From Thermofilaceae archaeon (lineage in GTDB: Archaea > Thermoproteota > Thermoprotei > Thermofilales > Thermofilaceae): 64,000 nucleotides of DNA. Both the position numbers and the translations under genes were made by a program. Shown in pieces: positions 40,028 to 48,874 of the stretch. Below the pieces are notes generated by a model. That model searched no databases and was not told the DNA's origin. It was given only the letters and a program-made list of their open reading frames with translations. Every line of letters begins with the position of its first letter. Position 1 is the stretch's first letter. The stretch spans positions 74,986 through 138,985 of the forward strand of contig JAVYQJ010000002.1 of NCBI GenBank assembly GCA_038731975.1, written 5' to 3'.

Positions 40028-40906
40028 ATGGCTAAGCTGGTCGTCTACGTTTGCCGGGAGCCGAACCACGATAAGCTAGTCGAAATGGTGAAAGATGTTC
40101 TGGATAGGGTTAAAGGCAAGAAGCCGAAACTACAGGTAGTTAGGCTAAAGCTGGAGAGAAGTGAGGATTTCCCCGCTTATCTAAGCCAGCTAGAGGAGCT
40201 TTTTGGAGGAGTAGCTACAGCTGAGTTCCGGAAGTACAGGATCGAAAGTTTACCCGCTATCGTTTACAATGATCAACTTGTCCTGCAGGGTAGCGTCCCC
40301 TCACTGGAGGAGCTTGAGGAGGCTCTTGCCTACGCGGGTTTGAAATTCTCGAAAAAGAGTGCAGTAGCTGCTCAGCTGCCAGTGCAGACCCAGCTTCCGT
40401 ATCCAATCCAAAGTGGGATGATGACGGGAACGCCAGCCCATCTCGCTACAGCTAAATCTGGCGAGGAAACGCAAGCTAGGAGAGTACCTCAGCCTCCACC
40501 GAGAATCAAAATAATAGACAGGCTTTCTCCGCCAATTGAAGAAGCGGAAAGGACGGTTAAAGCTGAGGAGAGTGCTAGCTCTGAAGCAAGGATCTCACAG
40601 CCGACGAAGCCTCAAGAGCCTTTACTGCGTCCCGCTCAGAAGCCTGCCCCGCAAGAAACCCAGGCCAAAGCCGTCCAGCTCCCCGAAAAGCGGCCTCCCC
40701 CCTTGAGAACAACACCGCCTCCCCCCTTAGAAAAACAAATTACAGAAGAGGAGTTACTCATAAACGTACCCCCGGCCGCACCCGCGAGCCTCCAAGCGCG
40801 AAGAAGGAAACTTTGCAGGGATTGCATGTTCTACGAGCCTACAGCTAGGAGGTGCTTGCTCTATCGCGCCCCCATAAACGATCCTGAGAAACCTATTTGC
40901 GCATAG
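40028..40906 (+). CDS. Hypothetical protein: small alpha/beta N-domain + Pro/Gln-rich linker + C-terminal 4-Cys knuckle
   Basis: MAKLVVYVCREPNHDKL...LPAIVYNDQLVLQGSVPSLEELEEAL (glutaredoxin-like feel, no CxxC). About 150 aa of P/Q/E/A-rich low complexity follow, then CRDCMFYEPTARRCLLYRAPINDPEKPIC. Confidence 0.5.
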   Translation: MAKLVVYVCREPNHDKLVEMVKDVLDRVKGKKPKLQVVRLKLERSEDFPAYLSQLEELFGGVATAEFRKYRIESLPAIVYNDQLVLQGSVPSLEELEEALAYAGLKFSKKSAVAAQLPVQTQLPYPIQSGMMTGTPAHLATAKSGEETQARRVPQPPPRIKIIDRLSPPIEEAERTVKAEESASSEARISQPTKPQEPLLRPAQKPAPQETQAKAVQLPEKRPPPLRTTPPPPLEKQITEEELLINVPPAAPASLQARRRKLCRDCMFYEPTARRCLLYRAPINDPEKPICA

Positions 40907-41918
40907 CCTGACGCAGCAGCTCCCTCAACGAGTACTTACTCGAAAAAACAGGGTCAGCCTCAATACTGTTGTGTTCGAATGTCCAGGCATACTCCACGAT
41001 GAGGTCTAGACTCTTCGGCTTCAAACCCAACTGCCTTAAAGTTGGTGGATTTAAGTTCTGAAGAAGGTTCTGCACCCAAGCGAGTTCGCTCACAACATCG
41101 CCGTCGCTCTCCAGCTCTCGGGCCCAGTCGAAAACCCTCTCCAGCCAGCTGGGGAGGATCGCTAGTTCAGCGAGGAGCGGGTCAATACCGTAGAACGAAT
41201 GCATGGCTTTCGCCAGTGCCAGCGTTACTGAGCATCGAAGAAGCCCATTAGCAAGTCCGGAAATCACTGTCGAAAAGAGTAGGCTTTCAAGATCTCCCCG
41301 TTGCAGCGCTTTTTTAAGCTCCTTAAGCGCGCCCTGAGCCAGCACACCCACAAAACAGTTAGTTCTCTTAAGCGCGAGCGCTTTCGCGCAAAGCGCGACA
41401 GCCTCCATTACAATTTCTCTATGATCAACAGGAGGCATCACACTGGAATCTAGAATTACAAGCATCGGCTGTTTAAATCGCCTGGGCGGGGGCAGTCGTC
41501 CTCTCGGGGGTATCGGTGTGCAATGCAGGGAGATTCCAAGGCCGGGCGGCGTGGCTACAACTACGAGGTGTGCTCGCAGTTCACTGCACGCGTACATTGA
41601 GAGGGACGTTTGAAGCCAGCCTCCTACAGATACTACCGCATCGCTACCACTAAGGGCTTGCACCGCGTTATCGATCGCAGTCGAATCAAGACGGTCACAC
41701 TCGAAAACCCCTGTTACGCTCCTTCGAGCCGCACTCAAACTTTCGATTATCGCCTTGATGGTGTCCCTTGTTCGCTGACCAGCAATAACGCCTATTCTCT
41801 GCACCCCTATTGAGGCCAGCTCAAAACCCAGGCTTGTTAAGTAGTAAGCTTCGAAGACCAACTGCATCGGCATACTAATGCGAGCCCTAAGACCCACAGT
41901 CAAAGTGGGGCTCCACAA
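40893..41918 (-). CDS. Divergent Fe-ADH / DHQS-like superfamily protein
   Basis: IGVIAGQRT...VVSVGGWLQTS resembles the GGGS.D nucleotide-loop region, and AMHSFYGIDPLLAELAILPSWLE resembles the Fe-ADH H..G..HG...LP helix, but with several ligand positions substituted. TTG start. Confidence 0.4.
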   Translation of the reverse strand: MWSPTLTVGLRARISMPMQLVFEAYYLTSLGFELASIGVQRIGVIAGQRTRDTIKAIIESLSAARRSVTGVFECDRLDSTAIDNAVQALSGSDAVVSVGGWLQTSLSMYACSELRAHLVVVATPPGLGISLHCTPIPPRGRLPPPRRFKQPMLVILDSSVMPPVDHREIVMEAVALCAKALALKRTNCFVGVLAQGALKELKKALQRGDLESLLFSTVISGLANGLLRCSVTLALAKAMHSFYGIDPLLAELAILPSWLERVFDWARELESDGDVVSELAWVQNLLQNLNPPTLRQLGLKPKSLDLIVEYAWTFEHNSIEADPVFSSKYSLRELLRQAMRK

Positions 41919-41935
41919 TTAACATATCGTTAAGC

Positions 41936-41959
41936 GTTGAAGCTAATATTAGCTTCAAC
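41936..41959. promoter_or_regulatory. Perfect 24-bp palindrome GTTGAAGCTAAT|ATTAGCTTCAAC with central TAATATTA
   Basis: The sequence equals its own reverse complement. It lies between or over the starts of the divergent genes 40893..41918 and 41937..42659. Confidence 0.6.
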
Positions 41960-42659
41960 TCTATTCTCGCTCGTGGGGTTGGCTGAGGATATCGACTCAG
42001 TGATCGAACGCCTGAAGGATAGGTTGAACCATCCGGTTAAGGAAACTCTTGATAATCTCGGTAGCAGGTTGAAGGAGCTAGCCTTACGCCGCTTGATAAG
42101 CTCTAACCATACCGTCATGGAGTTGGTGGTGGCAGCCCACCTTCTCTCGAAGGGTTACAGTGTGGAGATCGAGCACGTTCTGGCCCCTAATCTGGTGTGC
42201 GACATATACGCCGTTCTCGACGGCAAAAGCTTAATTGTAGAGGTGGAGACAGGTTTCGTTCCACCCGAGAATTCCATCGACCCTGTTGCTTACAGATTTG
42301 CGAGGGAGCTCAGCAAGGTGGCAAGGTACAGCAGATACGCCGACTTCTTCGCTATGGCTGTTCCCCCCTTCCACATACTGCAACTGCCGTTCATCGTGTT
42401 CATGCCCCCTGAGGAGAGGAAGCACTGGGGTGTAGAGTACTTTAAAAGGCTACTCGACCTTTACTACAGCAAACCGCCCGTAAAGCTGGAGGAGCTTCTC
42501 GACGCAAAACTACACTACGTCTACGTAGTACTCGTCGATACTCTTGAGCTAATCGAACTTACAGCACGCGAATATTTCGTCACTTTCATCGAGAGACCCG
42601 CAATGCTGCTAGCGAAATCGAGGTGGCCCTTAGGCGATATACCCTTCGTAGTTAAGTGA
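41937..42659 (+). CDS. Hypothetical protein, possible PD-(D/E)xK nuclease-fold core
   Basis: ELVVAAHLLSKGYSVEIEH...CDIYAVLDGKSLIVEVETG resembles the E..D..ExK arrangement, but with T in place of K. The start may be the GTG at 41973 rather than the TTG at 41937. Confidence 0.4.
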   Translation: MKLILASTLFSLVGLAEDIDSVIERLKDRLNHPVKETLDNLGSRLKELALRRLISSNHTVMELVVAAHLLSKGYSVEIEHVLAPNLVCDIYAVLDGKSLIVEVETGFVPPENSIDPVAYRFARELSKVARYSRYADFFAMAVPPFHILQLPFIVFMPPEERKHWGVEYFKRLLDLYYSKPPVKLEELLDAKLHYVYVVLVDTLELIELTAREYFVTFIERPAMLLAKSRWPLGDIPFVVK

Positions 42660-42679
42660 TCGAAGGTTAGCGAAAAGCG

Positions 42680-42728
42680 TCAGATGCGACGGCCCAATTC
42701 ATCGCTCGTACCGGATTCGTCTCATCAC
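42680..42728 (-). ncRNA. Candidate C/D-box sRNA (49 nt)
   Basis: Minus-strand layout: GTGATGA | GACGAATCCGGT | ACGA | GCG | ATGAATT | GGGCCGTCGCAT | CTGA. The C and D boxes are perfect, both spacers are 12 nt, and D' and C' are degenerate. TTTTTAAA (42751-42760) lies 27 nt upstream of the C box. Confidence 0.5.
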
Positions 42729-42911
42729 TGTGACAGTGTTGATCTCGCGCTTTAAAAAGGTTTTCACGCCTACGTGGTATCGCCCACTGGACGACTTTGG
42801 CTGTCGCGTGAAGATGCTCACAAGAGCTCTCTTTGTATGCTGCTTCGTGCGGCAGTTTGTAACGCTATCATCAAAACGTTTTTCAAGGTTTTACCTCATT
42901 GACGCCTGATT

Positions 42912-43613
42912 ATGACACTGTTGAAGCTCGAAGATCTCCACGTGGAGATCGAGCATAAGGAAGTTGTAAAGGGGGTCAGCTTAGAAGTAGAAGCGGGAGA
43001 AATACATCTGCTTTTCGGCCCTAACGGTAGCGGTAAGAGCACGCTTCTAAGAGCCGTGATGGGGTTGCCCAGCTGCACTATATCGAAGGGCAGGGTGATT
43101 TTCGGGGGGCGCGACATCACTACGTTAAAGGCCTATGAAAGAGCTTTACTCGGTATTGCATTGATGCACCAGAATCCGAGGCCTCTTAGCGTCAAGCTGC
43201 GGCAAATGGTGGTAGAGCTCAGCAGGAAATTCGGCAGCGATCCGGAGCTGATCAGGGATCTTAACTTGGACGGTCTCATGGATCGGGAGTTGCACAAGGG
43301 GTTCAGCGGCGGTGAGCTTAAGCGAGCCGAGCTGGCTCTCGTCCTCCTCCAGAGGCCCAAACTCGCCCTTCTAGACGAGCCCGACAGCGGCGTTGATCTC
43401 GAGAGCTTGAGGTTGGTGGGGAGAATCATCAATGAGATGGCAGATCGTGGCGTAGCTGTGCTACTCGTCACGCACACCGGAGCGGTAGCCGAACATTTGC
43501 GAAACGTCGCCGCAACGCACGTTCTGGTTAACGGAAGAATCGTAGCGTCGGGTGAGCTACCAAGCATCCTGAGAACTATTAGGCACAAGGGTTACAGCGC
43601 TTTCGAGGGGTGA
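42912..43613 (+). CDS. sufC: Fe-S cluster assembly ATPase SufC
   Basis: Walker A GPNGSGKST, signature FSGGELKR, Walker B LALLDEPDSGVD. Confidence 0.9.
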   Translation: MTLLKLEDLHVEIEHKEVVKGVSLEVEAGEIHLLFGPNGSGKSTLLRAVMGLPSCTISKGRVIFGGRDITTLKAYERALLGIALMHQNPRPLSVKLRQMVVELSRKFGSDPELIRDLNLDGLMDRELHKGFSGGELKRAELALVLLQRPKLALLDEPDSGVDLESLRLVGRIINEMADRGVAVLLVTHTGAVAEHLRNVAATHVLVNGRIVASGELPSILRTIRHKGYSAFEG

Positions 43614-44647
43614 GCTACATGTCGATGCCCTGGTCGATTTTTGAAAGCGGTAAATCGGCAAACTACTTGCAGCGAAACTTTGATATCGTCAGGCTTTTCG
43701 TCGCGAAGAGACTAGCTGAAAAAGGTTTTATTCTCGAGCCTCTCGAGAAGGCTGTAGAAAGGGAGTGGGTCAGAAAACTGCTGTGGAAAGCCCTTCCTGC
43801 ACGAGAGGGGATCGTGAAGGGAGCCTTCGTCTACGTGCCTCCAAACACTCAGATTTCCGCGCCGCTTTCAATGTGCTTCGTAGTGGACAGGGGGGCCCAG
43901 TGGGTGCACAACGTCCTGTTCATTGGAGATAACAGCGAGGTGACGGTTTCAACAACCTGCCTCAGTGCTGGTGGGGGCGAGGAGCATCAGGGGTTCACCG
44001 AGGTTTACCTCGGCAGAGGGGCTAAGCTCGACTACATCACCATACACGGGTGGAGCAAGCAAACCAGCGTCGTGGCTGAAGTCGGAGTAGTGGCAGAAGA
44101 GGGTTCCACAATGAACGAATTATATGTAACTTTGAGAACGCCTCAGGCGTTAAGGAGCTTTACGAGAATCATGGGGGGAAGGAGGGCCAACATACTGAGT
44201 TCAACCCTCTATGTGGCTGGTGCTGGAAACTCGACCCTAGAGACGTACGTTGCGCTTGAAGAAGGAGCGTCAGCCGAGGTTCTTTCGAGAATCGTTGCCA
44301 CGCGGGGGGCTATAGTCAGGCAGCCCATAACGGTTGAGGCACGGGGTGGGAGTGCGAGAGGGCACATCGAGTGCAGGGGACTTCAGCTAGACCCTTCGTC
44401 AGTGATAGAAACCATCCCCGCGCTTCGCTCATTGCACGGTGGCGCCCAATTGACGCATGAAGCAGCGATCGGAAAGCTTTCCCAAGAGGAGCTCGAGTAC
44501 CTAATGTCTAAGGGCTTCTCGGAGGACGAGGCTGTCACACTCCTCGTACGAGGATTCCTCGAGCTTGGGATCAAGAGCCTGCCAGAAGCCTTGAAGCCTC
44601 AAGTAGCCGCAACACTAGACTTAATCGCGAAGGCCGCGAAAGGGTAG
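43610..44647 (+). CDS. SufB/SufD-family Fe-S assembly scaffold protein
   Basis: C-terminal THEAAIGKLSQEELEYLMSKGFSEDEAVTLLVRGF is typical of SufBD proteins. Overlaps sufC by 4 nt. Confidence 0.85.
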   Translation: MSYMSMPWSIFESGKSANYLQRNFDIVRLFVAKRLAEKGFILEPLEKAVEREWVRKLLWKALPAREGIVKGAFVYVPPNTQISAPLSMCFVVDRGAQWVHNVLFIGDNSEVTVSTTCLSAGGGEEHQGFTEVYLGRGAKLDYITIHGWSKQTSVVAEVGVVAEEGSTMNELYVTLRTPQALRSFTRIMGGRRANILSSTLYVAGAGNSTLETYVALEEGASAEVLSRIVATRGAIVRQPITVEARGGSARGHIECRGLQLDPSSVIETIPALRSLHGGAQLTHEAAIGKLSQEELEYLMSKGFSEDEAVTLLVRGFLELGIKSLPEALKPQVAATLDLIAKAAKG

Positions 44648-44701
44648 CATTTAAATAATGGTATTCGCAGAAGCCCTACGCGCTTAAGGTAGTGCGCGAT
44701 T

Positions 44702-45322
44702 ATGCCTCGCCCGCTGCTATTCTCGAAGAAGTATCTGCAGGATCTCCTGAGTGGTAGAAAGACGGCTACGATCCGCTTAGGCAGCGTGAGATACAGGCCG
44801 GGAGACGTTACGCTCGTCCACTGCGGCGGCCTAGTGCTGGGTAGGGTTAGGATCAAGTCCGTTGAGCGTAAGAAGCTCATCGATTTGACGGAGGAGGATG
44901 CTCGCATCGACGGCTTCGAGAGCCTGCGCGACCTACTTGTTGCAATTCGGCAGCACTACCCAAATATCAGGGCCAACACGCCACTCACTGTATTAAGGTT
45001 TGAGTGGGTCGAGAAGTTCGAAAACCCATGCAGCGACGCAAGCTTCGCGTGGAACTACGATAAAAGCCCCGAAGAAGTGGCCAAGCAGGCCCTCGAGAAG
45101 CTGGATGATTTAAGCGAGGAGGAAAAGACTGTGCTCAAGGTCTTCCTCTCTGCGGGGAGCGTGCGTGGAGCAGCGCGCAAGCTTGGAGGCCTCTCAGCAA
45201 GGCCTCTCGTGAGAGGTGTTTTAAGGCGCGTTGCCGAACGCTTGGCAGAACGAGGCTTCATCGAAAGGAAGGCTCCACAGGCGAGCGATACCGACAAAGA
45301 GAATGAATCACGTGGGCAGTGA
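44702..45322 (+). CDS. ASCH-domain protein with C-terminal HTH-like tail
   Basis: FSKKYLQDLLSGRKTATIRLG...GDVTLVHCGG is an ASCH beta-barrel signature. The C-terminus VLKVFLSAGSVRGAARKLG resembles an HTH. Confidence 0.6.
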   Translation: MPRPLLFSKKYLQDLLSGRKTATIRLGSVRYRPGDVTLVHCGGLVLGRVRIKSVERKKLIDLTEEDARIDGFESLRDLLVAIRQHYPNIRANTPLTVLRFEWVEKFENPCSDASFAWNYDKSPEEVAKQALEKLDDLSEEEKTVLKVFLSAGSVRGAARKLGGLSARPLVRGVLRRVAERLAERGFIERKAPQASDTDKENESRGQ

Positions 45323-45325
45323 GGT

Positions 45326-48013
45326 ATGATTGAGTACGCTACACGGGAGTACAGCAAGGAGGAGGTCCTACAGCTTCTGCACCCGCTCGTGGCTGAGTGG
45401 TTTAACACAAAGTACGAGGATTTGACGCCTCCGCAGAAGCTGGGCATCGTCCCTATTTACGAGGGAAAGAACGTCCTCATCTCCAGCCCTACGGGTACGG
45501 GAAAGACTCTTACCGCTTTCCTGGTTGTACTTAGCGAGCTGATCAAGGCTGGTTTCGAAGGCAGGCTTGAGAACGGTATCCACGCTGTATACGTCTCTCC
45601 GCTGAGAGCCCTGAACAATGATATTTACAGGAATCTGGAGGAGCCGCTAGAGGAGATAAGGAAGCTTTCAGCAGAGAGGGGAATCGAGCTGCCAGAGATA
45701 AGGCATGCGGTTAGGACTGGCGATACTAAAGCCAACGATAGGCAGAAGATGCTGAGGAAGCCGCCCCACATACTAATTACCACCCCCGAGACGCTATCGA
45801 TCGTCCTCGTCGCACCGAAGTTCAGAGAACTACTCCGGCGCGTTAGGTGGGTTATAGTCGACGAGATCCACAGCTTGGCTGAGAGCAAGCGCGGAGTGCA
45901 CCTCAGTCTAAGCCTGGAGAGGCTTCAGGAGCTCGTAGGCCGCCCCTTTGTGCGCATCGGGCTTTCCGCTACGATAAACCCCCTCGAGGAAGTTGCCCAA
46001 TTCCTTGTGGGGTTTGACGGGGGCAAGCCTAGAGACTGCGTGATAGTGGACGCGCGCTACGTTAAGAGGAAGGATATCAAAGTGATCGCACCTGTCTCTG
46101 ACCTTATTCACACTCCATCAGGGGTGCTGCAGGAGAAACTCTACGAAACCCTTTACGATCTTGTAATGCGGTACAGGACGTCGCTAATCTTCACGAATAC
46201 ACGCAGCGGAACAGAGAGAGTAGTCTTCCACTTAAAGCTGGTTGGGAAGGAGAAAGGCGGGCTTGATGAGTCACAGATCATGGCGCACCACGGCTCGCTT
46301 TCCAGGAACATCAGGCACGAAGTGGAGGAAAAGCTGAAAGCGGGACAGCTTAAAGCCGTTGTAAGCTCGACCTCCCTCGAGCTCGGGATTGATATTGGTT
46401 ACATCGACGTGGTTCTGCAGGTGGGATCCCCTAAATCTGTAACCCGGTGCCTACAAAGGATCGGTAGGAGCGGACACAGGCTTCACGATACGATCAGAGG
46501 GAGGCTCATCTGTGTTGACCGCGACGACCTCGTCGAGGTAGCGGTGATGGTGAGGGAGGCCTACAGGAACCATCTCGACAGGATCAGAATCCCCCGCAAC
46601 GCGCTAGATGTGCTGGCGCAGCACTTGATGGGGATGGCTATCGAGCGCAAGTGGAGCATCGCTGAGGCCTACGATCTTGTTAAGCGTAGCTACTGTTACC
46701 GCGATCTTCCCTTCAGCGATTTCTTGAACGTCCTCAGGTACCTCTCAGGCAAGTTTGAGGCGCTTGAGAACCACAAAGTTTACGGGAAGATATGGCTCGA
46801 TGAGAAAGAGGGGGTTTTTGGGAGAAGAGGCAAGTACGCGCGCGTGATCTACACGCTGAATGTTGGAACGATACCGGACGAAGTGGATGTTAAGGTTTAC
46901 ACGGTTACCGGTAAGTATGTCGGCAATATTGAGGAGGAGTTCTTAGAAAGGCTGGTCCCAGGAGACCGCTTCATACTTGGGGGTAGAGTCTACGAGTTCG
47001 TCGAGTCGCGCGGTAGCAAGGCTGTAGTGAAGCCGGCCTTCGATTTGAAACCAACCGTCCCGAGCTGGTTCTCAGAAATGCTGCCCCTCAGCTACGACCT
47101 AGCGCTGAAGATAGGGGAGTTCAGAGGGAAGATCTTCAAATGGCTTGAAGAGGGTAAGCCAAAGGAGGAGATAATCTCGTATATTATCAGGAGCTGCCAT
47201 GCGGATCGTAACGCCGCTGAAGCAATTTACGAGTACTTCTTGGAAATGTATGAATTCCTCAAAGCTCTAGGGGTCAGCGAGTACCCCTCCCACAAGGTGA
47301 TCCTCACCGAGAGGTACGTGGATGATAGGGGGCGAACTTACCATGTTTTCCACACGCTTTTCGGCCGCAGGACAAATGATGCTCTCTCCCGGGCTCTAGC
47401 TTACCTAGCTGCATTAAAGGCTGGTGTAAACGTCGGCGTAGCCGTGCATGACAACGGCTTCGCCCTCATCTATCCTCCGGGTGTGGAGCCCCCCGTCACT
47501 CTAAAGAATCTCAGCAGCGATCAACTGGATGCTCTGCTGAAAAGGGCTTTAGCGAACACTGAGCTCTTAAGGAGGAGGTTCAGACACGTAGCATCCAGGG
47601 CCTTGATGGTGCTGAGGAATTACAAGGGGCACGAGATCAGCGTTGAGCGGCAACAGCTTAGTGCGCAAACACTATTGAAAGTTGTGATGGAGCTGGGTGA
47701 GGAGTTCCCCGTCCTCAAGGAGACCTACCGAGAGATCCTAGAGGATTACATGGACATTGAGCATGCCAAAGAAGTCCTCCGTAATGTGGAAAGCGGTAAG
47801 ATAAAAGTCGTGGAGCTACCACCCCTGAGTGTACCTTCACCCTTTGCATACAACATCGTGCTTGAAGGGTTGAGCGACGTGGTTCTGATGGAGGACAAGA
47901 GAGCCATGATGCTGAAGTTCCGTGAGAAACTCATGAAACTAGTTAGCGCGGCTGCGATGACCAACGACTCGATCAAGGTTAGCAGCGGTGAGCGAGGCCG
48001 ATTATCTCGCTAA
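45326..48013 (+). CDS. lhr: Lhr-family large SF2 helicase
   Basis: Motifs: I SSPTGTGKT, II VIVDEIHSL, VI QRIGRSGH, then an Lhr-type WH/DEAD-associated C-terminal region. 895 aa. Confidence 0.85.
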   Translation: MIEYATREYSKEEVLQLLHPLVAEWFNTKYEDLTPPQKLGIVPIYEGKNVLISSPTGTGKTLTAFLVVLSELIKAGFEGRLENGIHAVYVSPLRALNNDIYRNLEEPLEEIRKLSAERGIELPEIRHAVRTGDTKANDRQKMLRKPPHILITTPETLSIVLVAPKFRELLRRVRWVIVDEIHSLAESKRGVHLSLSLERLQELVGRPFVRIGLSATINPLEEVAQFLVGFDGGKPRDCVIVDARYVKRKDIKVIAPVSDLIHTPSGVLQEKLYETLYDLVMRYRTSLIFTNTRSGTERVVFHLKLVGKEKGGLDESQIMAHHGSLSRNIRHEVEEKLKAGQLKAVVSSTSLELGIDIGYIDVVLQVGSPKSVTRCLQRIGRSGHRLHDTIRGRLICVDRDDLVEVAVMVREAYRNHLDRIRIPRNALDVLAQHLMGMAIERKWSIAEAYDLVKRSYCYRDLPFSDFLNVLRYLSGKFEALENHKVYGKIWLDEKEGVFGRRGKYARVIYTLNVGTIPDEVDVKVYTVTGKYVGNIEEEFLERLVPGDRFILGGRVYEFVESRGSKAVVKPAFDLKPTVPSWFSEMLPLSYDLALKIGEFRGKIFKWLEEGKPKEEIISYIIRSCHADRNAAEAIYEYFLEMYEFLKALGVSEYPSHKVILTERYVDDRGRTYHVFHTLFGRRTNDALSRALAYLAALKAGVNVGVAVHDNGFALIYPPGVEPPVTLKNLSSDQLDALLKRALANTELLRRRFRHVASRALMVLRNYKGHEISVERQQLSAQTLLKVVMELGEEFPVLKETYREILEDYMDIEHAKEVLRNVESGKIKVVELPPLSVPSPFAYNIVLEGLSDVVLMEDKRAMMLKFREKLMKLVSAAAMTNDSIKVSSGERGRLSR

Positions 48014-48815
48014 CGCTGGTGAACCCTTCCCTGGCCAGGTAATCGCGAATCCCCTCCACGATCTCGCTAATCACTTGGAAACCCCTTCGCAATACCGTAG
48101 CAATGCCCACGGCCGAGGCTCCTGCAAGGAGCAGCTCAACAGCTTGGAGCCACGTTTCGACTCCGCCAACGCCTACAAGGGGTACACCCGGGAATTCGCG
48201 GTGAAGCTCGTAGACAACGCGAACCGCCACTGGGTGGATGGCGGATCCCGAAAGCCCTCCGTAGATTCCGCCTAATACTGGGCACTTTGCTCTAACGTCT
48301 ATCACCATTGCCTTTAGCGTGTTGATTGCCACGAAACCATCTGCCCCGGCATCCAGGGCTCTACTGGCTACTTTAAGCCAGTCTCCGTGGGCTGAGAGCT
48401 TTACAAAGACGGGGAGTCCAAAGCTTTTCAAGGCTGCCGTTACGCCCGCTAAAGCCTCGGGATCTGACATCAGTTCTGCGCCCAAGCCCTTGACGTGGGG
48501 GCAGCTTGCATTCACCTCTAGGGCGTCAGCTAGCGTCAGGTTCTCTGCGATCTTCTCCGCCTCTTCAGGCGACGATGCCCCGATGCTGGCTATGAGAGGA
48601 ACCTTGATCAACCTTTTAGCCTCTTTGACGAGGAGCCCCATCTCCCTTGCCCCAGGGTTGGGTAGACCCATCGAGTTTACAACGCCGTAACCGAGGTCGT
48701 ACACAACAGGGTTGATGTAGCCTTCCCTGGCTTCAAGCGTTACGGTTTTGAGCGTAATCGCGGCTGCGCCGGCTTCTTCAGCCCTCCTCATGAGTCCTAG
48801 GCTTACACCCAGCAC
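47979..48815 (-). CDS. pyrD: Dihydroorotate dehydrogenase catalytic subunit (class 1B); true N-terminus probably upstream of 48815
   Basis: Motifs NSMGLPNPG, EVNASCPH, GGLSGSAIHPVAV, GVGGV. The conserved N-terminal LKNPIVVASG segment is encoded in-frame upstream of the first canonical start (see finding). Confidence 0.9.
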   Translation of the reverse strand: MLGVSLGLMRRAEEAGAAAITLKTVTLEAREGYINPVVYDLGYGVVNSMGLPNPGAREMGLLVKEAKRLIKVPLIASIGASSPEEAEKIAENLTLADALEVNASCPHVKGLGAELMSDPEALAGVTAALKSFGLPVFVKLSAHGDWLKVASRALDAGADGFVAINTLKAMVIDVRAKCPVLGGIYGGLSGSAIHPVAVRVVYELHREFPGVPLVGVGGVETWLQAVELLLAGASAVGIATVLRRGFQVISEIVEGIRDYLAREGFTSVSEIIGLAHRC

Positions 48816-48874
48816 GCCTGATGCTACTACGATGGGATTCTTGAGCCGAAGATTAGCTACCCTCGTGCTAAGGT

